From Corallococcus sp. (lineage in GTDB: Bacteria; Bacillota; Clostridia; Christensenellales; CAG-314): a stretch of DNA of 64,000 nucleotides. Of the stretch, positions 18,581 through 26,634 are shown piece after piece. Positions within the stretch are counted from its first letter, which is position 1, and every line of letters begins with the position of its first letter. The DNA lies in assembly GCA_023667435.1 (NCBI GenBank), contig JAMPAB010000002.1, positions 41,180 to 105,179 on the forward strand, read 5' to 3'. The translations under genes and the position numbers were made by a program. The notes below the pieces were generated by a model. It was not told where the DNA came from and ran no database searches. It saw only the letters and a program-made list of their open reading frames with translations.

Positions 18581-19123
18581 TTATTTCTTGAAATAACGGT
18601 TGTAAAGTCCTTCGAACGCTTTGCCGTGACGGGCTTCGTCGCGAGCCATTTCGTGAACGGTATCGTGAATAGCGTCGAGCCCTGCCGCCTTAGCGCGTTT
18701 TGCCAAATCAGTTTTGCCCATAGTAGCGCCGTTTTCCGCTTCGATACGCATAGCGAGGTTTTTGGCGGTGCTGTCCGTCACAACTTCTCCCAAAAGCTCG
18801 GCAAACTTAGCTGCGTGCTCCGCTTCTTCGTAAGCGGCTTTTTCCCAATACAAACCTATTTCGGGATAACCTTCGCGGAAAGCCACTCTCGCCATTGCAA
18901 GGTACATTCCCACCTCGCTGCATTCGCCGTTGAAATTAGCGCGAAGATCGTCCAAAATATCCTTAGACGCGCCTTTCGCGACGCCTACAACGTGCTCCGC
19001 CGCCCAGCTGAGTTCGCCCGCTTGCGCTACGAACTTTTCTTTGGGAGCTTTGCATTGAGGGCACGAAGTCGGAGCCTCGTTTCCTTCGTGAACATAACCG
19101 CATACAGAACATACAAATTTCAT
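18581..19123 (-). CDS. rbr: reverse rubrerythrin (N-terminal rubredoxin-like domain + ferritin-like diiron domain)
   Basis: The N-terminus has [10 protein letters not shown]....[11 protein letters not shown] (two CxxC pairs). It is followed by a four-helix diiron region with E..EH-type motifs ([21 protein letters not shown]). Confidence 0.9.
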   Translation of the reverse strand: MKFVCSVCGYVHEGNEAPTSCPQCKAPKEKFVAQAGELSWAAEHVVGVAKGASKDILDDLRANFNGECSEVGMYLAMARVAFREGYPEIGLYWEKAAYEEAEHAAKFAELLGEVVTDSTAKNLAMRIEAENGATMGKTDLAKRAKAAGLDAIHDTVHEMARDEARHGKAFEGLYNRYFKK

Positions 19124-19210
19124 TTCAGTAATTCTCCTTTTTATTTTTAATAAATTTTATTGTTTTCAATTTTTCGACTTGCCTTTTGCAAGATTTTTCC
19201 GCTTGCGGAA

Positions 19211-19324
19211 TTATTCTTCGTCAAGCGTAAATTCCTCTGCGCCCACGCCGCACAACGGGCAGATTTCAGGGGGTTCTTCGCCTTCGTGAACGTATCCGCA
19301 TACGCTGCATATCCATCTTTTCAT
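19211..19324 (-). CDS. 37-aa rubredoxin-like protein (not in the ORF track)
   Basis: My translation is [37 protein letters not shown]. It has two CxxC knuckles. AAGGAG lies upstream, and its ATG overlaps the perR stop (ATGA at 19321-19324). Confidence 0.7.
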   Translation of the reverse strand: MKRWICSVCGYVHEGEEPPEICPLCGVGAEEFTLDEE

Positions 19325-19701
19325 TTGTTTTTCTCCTTATTTATTTTTGTCCGACATTCGTCGCAACAGCCGTAAAACGTAACTTCGTACCTGTCGACGT
19401 CGGCAAGACTGTGCTGGACGTTTATATCCGACGGCAGGACGTCCTCGATTCTTCCGCAACGGGAGCATACTTTATGAGCGTGTTCTTCTACTCGCGCGTC
19501 GTAGCGTTCGGTGACGCCTTCGACGCTTATCCGCTTTACTCTGCCGACAGAACAAAGCTCGTCCAAATTGCGATACACCGTTGCCAAACTTACGTTGGGA
19601 ATTATTTCGCGCGTTTTGCCGTATATCCACGTAATATCGGGGTGCGAATCGGTTTGAGACAACACCTTGTATACCGCTTCGCGCTGCGAAGAAAATCTCA
19701 T
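19321..19701 (-). CDS. perR: Fur-family regulator, PerR-like
   Basis: A Fur-family winged helix ([12 protein letters not shown]) and C-terminal CSRCG....CDEC zinc site are present. It is the first gene of an oxidative-stress operon. Confidence 0.8.
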   Translation of the reverse strand: MRFSSQREAVYKVLSQTDSHPDITWIYGKTREIIPNVSLATVYRNLDELCSVGRVKRISVEGVTERYDARVEEHAHKVCSRCGRIEDVLPSDINVQHSLADVDRYEVTFYGCCDECRTKINKEKNK

Positions 19702-19715
19702 TAAATACTCCTCAT

Positions 19716-19754
19716 TTACAATTATATGATAAACTTTATCGGTTAATTTGTCAA
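19716..19754 (-). promoter_or_regulatory. perR operon promoter with an overlapping imperfect Fur/PerR-box-like inverted repeat
   Basis: Minus strand: TTGACA (19754-19749), 17-nt spacer, TATCAT (19731-19726). TTATCAT-ATA-ATTGTAA (19732-19716) is a 7-3-7 inverted repeat with 2 mismatches and overlaps the -10. Confidence 0.45.
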
Positions 19755-19866
19755 TATTTTTAAAAAATTTACAAAAAAAATTTTCGAAAAAATAAACGGC
19801 AAAAGTAACGCGGTCAAACGCTTGAAAAATTTACGCAAGTGCAATAAAATAATTGTCGGTGATAAT

Positions 19867-20589
19867 ATGAACGTACAGCAGCTTTTGTCCCCTTTCAGAC
19901 GGGCGGTTAACGATTACAATATGATAAACGACGGCGACAAAATAGCCGTAGGAGTTTCGGGCGGAAAAGACAGCCTCGTTTTGCTTACGCTTATGCGCGA
20001 GTACCAAAAATATTTCCGCTGCGACTTTCAGCTTACGGCGGTAACGATAGATATGGGGTTTGCCGACGGCGTTTACGCCCCAGTAAAAAAATACTGCGAG
20101 GAAATAGGCGTTTCCTACTCCGTCGTATCTACCGACATTGCGGAAATAATTTTCGATATACGCAAAGAGAAAAATCCGTGCAGTCTTTGCGCAAAAATGC
20201 GCAGAGGCGCCTTAAACGGAGAGATAACTTCGAAAGGTTTCACCAAACTTGCGTTGGGGCACCACCTCGACGACGTCGTGGAAACCTTTATGCTCAGTTT
20301 GTTTTACGAAGGCAGACTGAATACCTTTCAACCCAAATCGTATATGTCGCGAAGCGGCGTCACACTGATACGTCCGATGATCTACCTTAAAGAAAAAGAT
20401 ATAGTAGGCGCAGCAAAAACATTGCCTGTGGTACACAACCCATGTCCTGCCGACAAACATACGGAACGCGAAAATATGAAATCGCTTCTTAAAGAACTTT
20501 CGAAGAAATATCCCGACCTGACGGAAAAATTCGCAAACGCAATTATGCACCCCGAACGGTATAATCTGTGGGATAAGACGGAAAAGTAG
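19867..20589 (+). CDS. ttcA: tRNA 2-thiocytidine synthase TtcA-family PP-loop ATPase
   Basis: VGVSGGKDS (PP-loop), NPCSLCAKMRRG and LALGHHLDDVVETFMLSLFYEG are present. I moved the start to ATG 19867, trimming the tracked TTG at 19822. Confidence 0.85.
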   Translation: MNVQQLLSPFRRAVNDYNMINDGDKIAVGVSGGKDSLVLLTLMREYQKYFRCDFQLTAVTIDMGFADGVYAPVKKYCEEIGVSYSVVSTDIAEIIFDIRKEKNPCSLCAKMRRGALNGEITSKGFTKLALGHHLDDVVETFMLSLFYEGRLNTFQPKSYMSRSGVTLIRPMIYLKEKDIVGAAKTLPVVHNPCPADKHTERENMKSLLKELSKKYPDLTEKFANAIMHPERYNLWDKTEK

Positions 20590-20682
20590 ACGGCTTGCCG
20601 AATAACCGCGCAATTAAGGCGAATTTTGTCATAAAATTGCACAAACCGACGTTTAATATACTACTGAACGTCGGAGACTGCA

Positions 20683-20931
20683 ATGAAAGAATATATAACG
20701 GAACGCGTAACGGAAATAGCGCACTACCTTGTCGAAAACAAATGCACGGTAAGGGAAGTCGCCGACGTTTTCTGCGTGAGTAAATCCACCGCGCATAAAG
20801 ACCTGTCCGAGCGTTTGCCGCAGCTGGACAAAGAGCTCTACCTAAGCGCGTCGGATATCCTAAAAGAAAACTGGGACGAACGCTACGTACGCGGCGGCGA
20901 GGCCACAAAAAGAAAATTCAAAGAAAAATAA
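20683..20931 (+). CDS. spoIIID: sporulation transcriptional regulator SpoIIID
   Basis: The 82-aa sequence ...CTVREVADVFCVSKSTAHKDLSERLP......RGGEATKRKF matches my recollection of SpoIIID closely. Confidence 0.9.
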   Translation: MKEYITERVTEIAHYLVENKCTVREVADVFCVSKSTAHKDLSERLPQLDKELYLSASDILKENWDERYVRGGEATKRKFKEK

Positions 20932-21044
20932 AGCTTGCCGCATTTAATTCGACGTACGCGCAAACTTGTAATGTTTCGAGATTGCATAAAATTCGCGATT
21001 CGGGAAAGCATCGCTGAAATTTGCATAATCCTACAATAAATCGG

Positions 21045-21080
21045 CAACCGAGAAATCGCAAGGATTTCTCGGTTGTTTGC
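21045..21080 (+). terminator. terminator downstream of spoIIID
   Basis: CAACCGAGAAATC (21045-21057) pairs with GATTTCTCGGTTG (21063-21075), followed by TTTGC. Confidence 0.7.
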
Positions 21081-21229
21081 ATAAGTTCCGATATAAGCTT
21101 TTGACGTCGCTATGCGCGGCGCAAACCTGCCGAGTTCGCTTTTTGCGCGTGAACGTACGCCCGAAGATAAAACCCGTCGCCGCGAAAATCGAAACAAATA
21201 CGCAGTTTAACGCAGCCGTACGGTTTTAT

Positions 21230-22234
21230 TTACCATCTATTCTTTGCGTGTTCGCAAAACGCAACGAAGGGAGGAACGTACAGGCGCTGACCGTCGTCTA
21301 GCACTACGTAACCGCACCACAACCCGAAACGCTGATGACAGCTGTTGTTTACGACGACCGCATTCGTTGTCGTATAATTGTCGTACAGCATTTCGACGTC
21401 GAATACAAAACGCTTGTCGTCGGATATGTAATGGTAGGCGTCGCCTAACTGCATTTCTTCAACGTTGCCCAACTTGTACGCTTTGTTGTCGTAAAAGAAC
21501 ATATTTTCCGTAGCTTTCGACGTGTCGCCGAATCCCCAACCGATGTTAAATCCGAAATGCTTTCCGTCCACAATCGTTCCGCCGTTACCCCATACCCAGC
21601 TGTGCGAATAAGGCCAAACGCCTCTGCCCCAGTCCAGTAAACCGAAGCCGTTGTGAATTTCGTACGCCATATCGTCTATACGGCATCTGCCGTCTACGGT
21701 AAAACAGTTTTCTTTGTAGTTAAGATACCAGTGACGTTTCTGCTCGAAGGGGGTTGCTATAACCATTTTTTCCTTTTGAGAGGAGCAGTTGGTAAGCATT
21801 ACGTCTATTTCCGCTTTTATTCCTTTTTTAGTGGAATACGTCAAAGACAAACGCCGTCCTTTGTCCGTAACCTCGAATTGCGCAAGCAGATTTTCCGAAA
21901 AATACTGTAACACGTTGGGAAATTCGGGATTTAACGGCATTTTATCTTTAAATACGTTTTGAAACATTATCTGTTTGCCGACGGAACGGCGCTTGCCCGT
22001 ATCGAGATCGATAAGGGTCGCCGAAACGGACGAAGCGTAGGAAACGTGCCCCATTGTCATCTGCAACACTACGTGACCGAAGTGCATCTGATAAAAATCC
22101 CACTCTTTAAGCCTTAACGGAGGACATTTAACCTTACTGCGGTCGTAAAGATAGTACATATGCCGCGCAAAGCCGGGATTTTCCAAATTGCCCGATTTAT
22201 TCAACAGTTTCTGATTGCTTTTGATTTCGTTCAT
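21230..22234 (-). CDS. hypothetical cytosolic protein (possibly DUF2804 family)
   Basis: A long clean ORF of 334 aa, Trp/aromatic-rich and apparently beta-rich. The family assignment is from memory only. Confidence 0.7.
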   Translation of the reverse strand: MNEIKSNQKLLNKSGNLENPGFARHMYYLYDRSKVKCPPLRLKEWDFYQMHFGHVVLQMTMGHVSYASSVSATLIDLDTGKRRSVGKQIMFQNVFKDKMPLNPEFPNVLQYFSENLLAQFEVTDKGRRLSLTYSTKKGIKAEIDVMLTNCSSQKEKMVIATPFEQKRHWYLNYKENCFTVDGRCRIDDMAYEIHNGFGLLDWGRGVWPYSHSWVWGNGGTIVDGKHFGFNIGWGFGDTSKATENMFFYDNKAYKLGNVEEMQLGDAYHYISDDKRFVFDVEMLYDNYTTTNAVVVNNSCHQRFGLWCGYVVLDDGQRLYVPPFVAFCEHAKNRW

Positions 22235-22238
22235 AATA

Positions 22239-23021
22239 TTAACCTTTTTTGTTTCCGAACAGCATTACAAGCCGCATAAGCAATTCCAGTATTTCGACGT
22301 ACAGATAAATCAACGTAGTAACCAGCGAAAAAGCGACGCACCACTCGTACTTTTTGTCCGCGCCGGCGTTTACGAGATAGTCCACGCTTTGCATATCCCA
22401 CGCGAGCGTTATTGTAGCCCAAATTATACACACTGCGGAGACGGCAAGTTGAATCCACCACAGGGCGGAAAAATCTCCGAACGCGCCCGTAAGAGATATC
22501 AACCAAACGATAAGTTCCAACACGATAAGACTGAAAAACGCAATCATCAAACCGCGCATAAATTTACTGCTGATTTTCACTCCCAGCAGTCTGTTGACGG
22601 CAAGAGAAATGAGAAATACTATCGCCGTACCCAAAAATGCGGCAAAAGCTATTCCCGGATAGAAAATATCCACGAACAGTGCCAGTATGCCGAGCAGGCA
22701 TCCCTGCAAAATAGCGTATATTACGCTCAGTACCTTAGCTGCGGACGGAACAAAGGCGATGACGATAGCTATTACGATAAGCGGGACGGCGCAAACGGCC
22801 GTAGCTATGCCGACGGCTACAAGCGCTTCGCCCACATATCCGTTGCCTATTGCCCACAGCATAACAAACTCGGTAACTATCGCAAACAAAATCGTAAGAA
22901 AAGTCAGTAGCGCCGACTTTCCGTAAACGCCTTTATAGGTTACCGATTCGGTTTCCGTTCCCAACTCGTTGCGCTGTGACTTCGCTACCCAACGTCTGAC
23001 AGACGGATTGCCCATTCTCAT
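22239..23021 (-). CDS. Bax-inhibitor-1/YccA-like polytopic membrane protein
   Basis: A short N-terminal cytosolic segment (MRMGNPSVRR...) is followed by ~7 TM helices, 260 aa in total. It lies 4 nt upstream of the next gene. Confidence 0.65.
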   Translation of the reverse strand: MRMGNPSVRRWVAKSQRNELGTETESVTYKGVYGKSALLTFLTILFAIVTEFVMLWAIGNGYVGEALVAVGIATAVCAVPLIVIAIVIAFVPSAAKVLSVIYAILQGCLLGILALFVDIFYPGIAFAAFLGTAIVFLISLAVNRLLGVKISSKFMRGLMIAFFSLIVLELIVWLISLTGAFGDFSALWWIQLAVSAVCIIWATITLAWDMQSVDYLVNAGADKKYEWCVAFSLVTTLIYLYVEILELLMRLVMLFGNKKG

Positions 23022-23224
23022 AATTCCAAATCTCCTAGATTGATTGTTTTAATTGTAGCACAGTTTCCGCAATTATGCAAGTTAACTCGACAGTAAGATT
23101 TTTCCCGTAAAATCGCTTCGTTAAACGTCGGGCGCGCAACGGCAAATCTACTACGTTTATATCGAAATACACGTTCGAATAACCGTATTATACGCATTGT
23201 GCTATACATATGCGATATAATCAG

Positions 23225-23253
23225 TTGTCAAAACAAAAAACTTGCGATATAAT
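23225..23253 (+). promoter_or_regulatory. promoter for the transglutaminase-core surface protein gene
   Basis: TTGTCA (23225-23230), 17-nt spacer, TATAAT (23248-23253), ~125 nt upstream of ATG 23378 (SD GGAGG). Confidence 0.5.
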
Positions 23254-23377
23254 ACGTACGCAAACGGCTTGACGTATTCTTTCGGCAAAGAACAGTCGAT
23301 ACGTTTGCAATCGCGCGGTAAATGCACTAAATCCGATTCCGCCGATTAAAATATAAAGAAAATATTTTGGAGGTTTT

Positions 23378-26300
23378 ATGAAAGTTGAAACAAGACGAGT
23401 ATCCGTTGCGATACTGAGCGTAGTTTGCGCGCTATTTTTGATACTGGGCGTAACGCTGTTCGACACGAACAACGCTTTTCAGACGTATGCCGAAAGTGCG
23501 GAACAAATTACGTCTACATACTACTACGACCATCTTAAAAACTTAAACGGTAGCGACTACGCTATGGCAAAAGAGTTTTACGACATTTTAGACGAGTTGA
23601 ATACGACGGGCGACTTTAAAGACGGCGTAATCAACAAGGAATTAAGCGAGGTTTTGACGCCCGCAGAAATTGCAAGCTGGGTAGAAAACGGAAATCTCGA
23701 TATCCCCAAAGCGTTCGGCGCGGCAAGGGATTCCTATTACTACGATCACCCCGAATTGTTCTACGTGGATTTGTACAAACTCACGCTTAGCGCGGGACGC
23801 GTAAACGGAACGTACGTCGCGTACCTCGACTGCGGCACGGAAGCAGACTGCTATATGGATAACGGAGCTTTGACAAGCGAAACGGCCGTTAACAACGCAA
23901 TCGCTGCTTACGAGCAGAAAATCCAAACAATCGTAACCTACGTCAAGACGAGCGCCGCGCAAAACTCTTTCGGCACCGCGCAAGATATGCTGTGGGCAAA
24001 TTACGCTAACGAATACATTGCGGGACACGTCGAATACGACTACGAAGCATTAACTGCTGCAAACGCTTCCGAAAATTACAGCAAACCTTATATAGGCAAC
24101 GCTTACGGCGCGCTTATCGAAGGGAAATGCGTATGCAGCGGTTACTCGTTTGCGTATAAAGCAGTTATGGACGCATTGGATATTCCCTGCGTAATAGTAA
24201 GCGGAATAAGCATTGACAAAAGTACCGACGGCGTTACCGACAAAGGCGAAGCGCACAGTTGGAACTACGTTTGGCTGCAAGTTCCGCAGGACGACAACGT
24301 TGCAGAGGCGGTTGCTCTTGCGGATACGGCAACAGCGAAGAATTGCGCCTGGTACGCTTACGACGTTACGTGGAACAGTACCGGTTCGGACACCTCCGCT
24401 TACGTTAACATGAGCGCGTACACGGCAAGCGTAAATCATTTGGCAGATCCCGTCATATCCACGTCGGGATACAATATGCCTTACCCTGAACTGTCCGCCT
24501 ATAATTACGGCGCGGCAACGGTAGAAAGCGACTTTTACCACAGCAGCGCGTATACTCCCTACGGCAACGAAACGGACAACAGCGGCAATCCTCTTATGCA
24601 ATACGTTACGTACGTCAGTTACAAAGGCAAAGGCGCTATCGCTCTGTTGGAAGACGGACTGCACATTGTTTACCGTCATTATGCTTACAACGACGACACA
24701 AACGAAATGTATTGGACGGCATGGTGCGATATAGGCAATATGTACAAGGATACACTGGGAATGACAGAGGAAGACGAAGGAAATCAAACGTACGCGCCCA
24801 TAGCCTACAACTGCATGTATACGCAATTTGCGGTGGTAGATATCGAACCCGATATCAACTACAATCCTGACGATAAAATTCTCACAACTTCTCACACGAA
24901 TTTCTATTACAGCAAGGACAATGCGGATTTCGGCGAACACACTGTATACATTTCTCCGTTGTACACAAACAAAGCTTTCGGAACGTACACCGCCGCGCCT
25001 TACGTTGTAAGCACTACTCCGCGCCATACGGGAGTTGTAACGATCAACGACTCGATGGGCGACGGAACGGGATCGGTTGCCGACAGCAAAGCGTTTGAAA
25101 TCAGCGTGACTTACGACGAAAACCTGCACGTTTTGGACAGCAGCAAACCTATCGGCATCGAATTCGTTTCGAGCTTTGCGAATATCGATAGATACGCGGG
25201 ATTCGTCGCGTATGAAGACGGTTCGTACGTAAAAATCGTAAACGGCAACACGTTGACGTTTAAATTCAAACCCAGTCTTATGTACGAACACAACAGCGAG
25301 TTGTACTCTTTCTACTTCTCCAACGTAGGTTCGACCAAACTGATGCCTAACGGAAACACGTCCGACAAACTGCCCAATCCTGCGCACTTCCACTTTGCAA
25401 GAAGCTATATGCAGTGCCCGTTGATTTTGGGACACGGCAAACTTTGGATAGATTGCTGCGCGCAACCGACGCTTGTAAGCAACTCCGACCTTGCGGCGAT
25501 GGATTTCAAAGACCCCGACGGAAACTCAACGTTCTCCGAACAGGCGCGCAGTCAGATGATGCTCGTTGCCGAATCCGTCAAACCCGAAGTAGAGAGCGCG
25601 ATGCTTTCGGAAATCAACAAGAGCGGACTTAAAACAAAGGATATCAAAGCAAGCGAAACGTACGACATCAACCTGCAAATCTGCGGCAAATATCCCGTAA
25701 TACCCGACGGCAGTTACGTTAAAATAGCTCTCGGATTCCCCGAAGGTTACGGCCCCGAAGACGAAGGCGTCACATTTAAGCTGTATCACCGCAAACACGT
25801 TTCCGGCGATAAATATATCATAGAAGAAGTACCCTGCGTAGTAACGCAGTTAGGAATAGTAGCTACTGTTACAAGCTTCTCGCCTTACATGGTTGTAGCT
25901 GCCGACGCTAAGACGGTTTCGGCAAACAAGACAATTTACGCTACAATCGACGGAAAAGGCGGAACGCTCAGCCGCGAAGACGGAAAAGTTCAAACCTTAT
26001 CGGGGGGGGCGACGTATACTTACACCGTTACGCCCGATGAAGGATACGGCATTTACAAAGTAATGCTCAACGGACAAGACGTAACGAGCAGCGTTCAAAA
26101 CGGCAAACTGACCGTCGGTTACGACGATTTGCTCAACAACAACGAGCTTGTAATCAAGTATATTTCCGACGTTGCGGCGCAGCGTTACGCGGCGAACGAC
26201 TTTGAGATCGTAGACCCCGTTACCGTCGTCGTATCGACAAAGGGCGAAGCAAGCATAGCCAAACCGAGCGCAGAGTTGGCAATCAACACAATTACGCCTG

Positions 26301-26419
26301 CTCCCTCGAACAACGCCGCGATTATCGTTATCGTATGCGTGGCGGTTGCAGTTGTTGCTGCGGCGTGCATAGTTGCGTTTATCCTTATTAAACGCAAACG
26401 CAACAACGCGGAAAAATAA
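23378..26419 (+). CDS. large surface protein with a transglutaminase-like cysteine-protease core and a C-terminal TM anchor
   Basis: N-terminal signal/anchor. The core reads GKCVCSGYSFAYKAVMDALDIPCVIVSG ... GEAHSWNYVWL ... WYAYDVTWN (Cys-His-Asp pattern). The C-terminus is AAIIVIVCVAVAVVAAACIVAFILIKRKR. Confidence 0.85.
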   Translation: MKVETRRVSVAILSVVCALFLILGVTLFDTNNAFQTYAESAEQITSTYYYDHLKNLNGSDYAMAKEFYDILDELNTTGDFKDGVINKELSEVLTPAEIASWVENGNLDIPKAFGAARDSYYYDHPELFYVDLYKLTLSAGRVNGTYVAYLDCGTEADCYMDNGALTSETAVNNAIAAYEQKIQTIVTYVKTSAAQNSFGTAQDMLWANYANEYIAGHVEYDYEALTAANASENYSKPYIGNAYGALIEGKCVCSGYSFAYKAVMDALDIPCVIVSGISIDKSTDGVTDKGEAHSWNYVWLQVPQDDNVAEAVALADTATAKNCAWYAYDVTWNSTGSDTSAYVNMSAYTASVNHLADPVISTSGYNMPYPELSAYNYGAATVESDFYHSSAYTPYGNETDNSGNPLMQYVTYVSYKGKGAIALLEDGLHIVYRHYAYNDDTNEMYWTAWCDIGNMYKDTLGMTEEDEGNQTYAPIAYNCMYTQFAVVDIEPDINYNPDDKILTTSHTNFYYSKDNADFGEHTVYISPLYTNKAFGTYTAAPYVVSTTPRHTGVVTINDSMGDGTGSVADSKAFEISVTYDENLHVLDSSKPIGIEFVSSFANIDRYAGFVAYEDGSYVKIVNGNTLTFKFKPSLMYEHNSELYSFYFSNVGSTKLMPNGNTSDKLPNPAHFHFARSYMQCPLILGHGKLWIDCCAQPTLVSNSDLAAMDFKDPDGNSTFSEQARSQMMLVAESVKPEVESAMLSEINKSGLKTKDIKASETYDINLQICGKYPVIPDGSYVKIALGFPEGYGPEDEGVTFKLYHRKHVSGDKYIIEEVPCVVTQLGIVATVTSFSPYMVVAADAKTVSANKTIYATIDGKGGTLSREDGKVQTLSGGATYTYTVTPDEGYGIYKVMLNGQDVTSSVQNGKLTVGYDDLLNNNELVIKYISDVAAQRYAANDFEIVDPVTVVVSTKGEASIAKPSAELAINTITPAPSNNAAIIVIVCVAVAVVAAACIVAFILIKRKRNNAEK
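26002..26009 (+). repeat. in-frame G8 tract ~410 nt before the stop, upstream of the membrane anchor
   Basis: TTA TCG GGG GGG GCG reads LSGGA. Direct count gives g26002-g26009. Confidence 0.95.
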
Positions 26420-26503
26420 TGCACAACGCAAAAATTTAAAGCATAAAGACGCGCTTGACGAATTATTTCATTAAGGCGCGTAAATACGGCAAATACAATT
26501 ACC

Positions 26504-26547
26504 AAAAGTCGTTTGATTTCGGACAATTCGAATTCAAACGACTTTTT
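26504..26547. terminator. bidirectional terminator between convergent genes
   Basis: GTCGTTTGA (26508-26516) pairs with TCAAACGAC (26534-26542), flanked by A4 upstream and T5 downstream. A second hairpin (AACGGTCGATAGC / GCTATCGGCCGTT) lies at ~26560-26592. Confidence 0.65.
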
Positions 26548-26634
26548 CAGTATAATAAAACGGTCGATAGCTTGACGCGCTATCGGCCGTTATTGAAATA
26601 TACGATATTAGGACGTCTCGACACAAGCAGAACG

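Noticed and set aside
19160-19375. The tracked + strand 71-aa ORF in the rbr-perR interval.
   Set aside because: The opposite strand here encodes the SD-preceded rubredoxin-like peptide and the 3' end of perR. The + strand translation is featureless.
20981-21090. Three copies of TTGCATAA spaced 40-55 nt apart downstream of spoIIID as a regulatory array.
   Set aside because: The motif is a short 8-mer in AT-rich intergenic DNA with irregular spacing and no associated promoter or gene. I could not exclude chance.
24050-25465. Long antisense ORFs in the track. Examples are 24050..25465 (-, 471 aa), 4282..4980, 5044..5607, 5776..6444, 13533..14474 (+, 313 aa), 28435..29385, 29641..30450, 44941..45729 and 53781..54377.
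   Set aside because: Each lies entirely inside a longer ORF on the opposite strand that has clear family motifs. Their translations are low-complexity and rich in R/V/F/C. They lack SD sequences. They are shadow ORFs of CG-rich codon usage.
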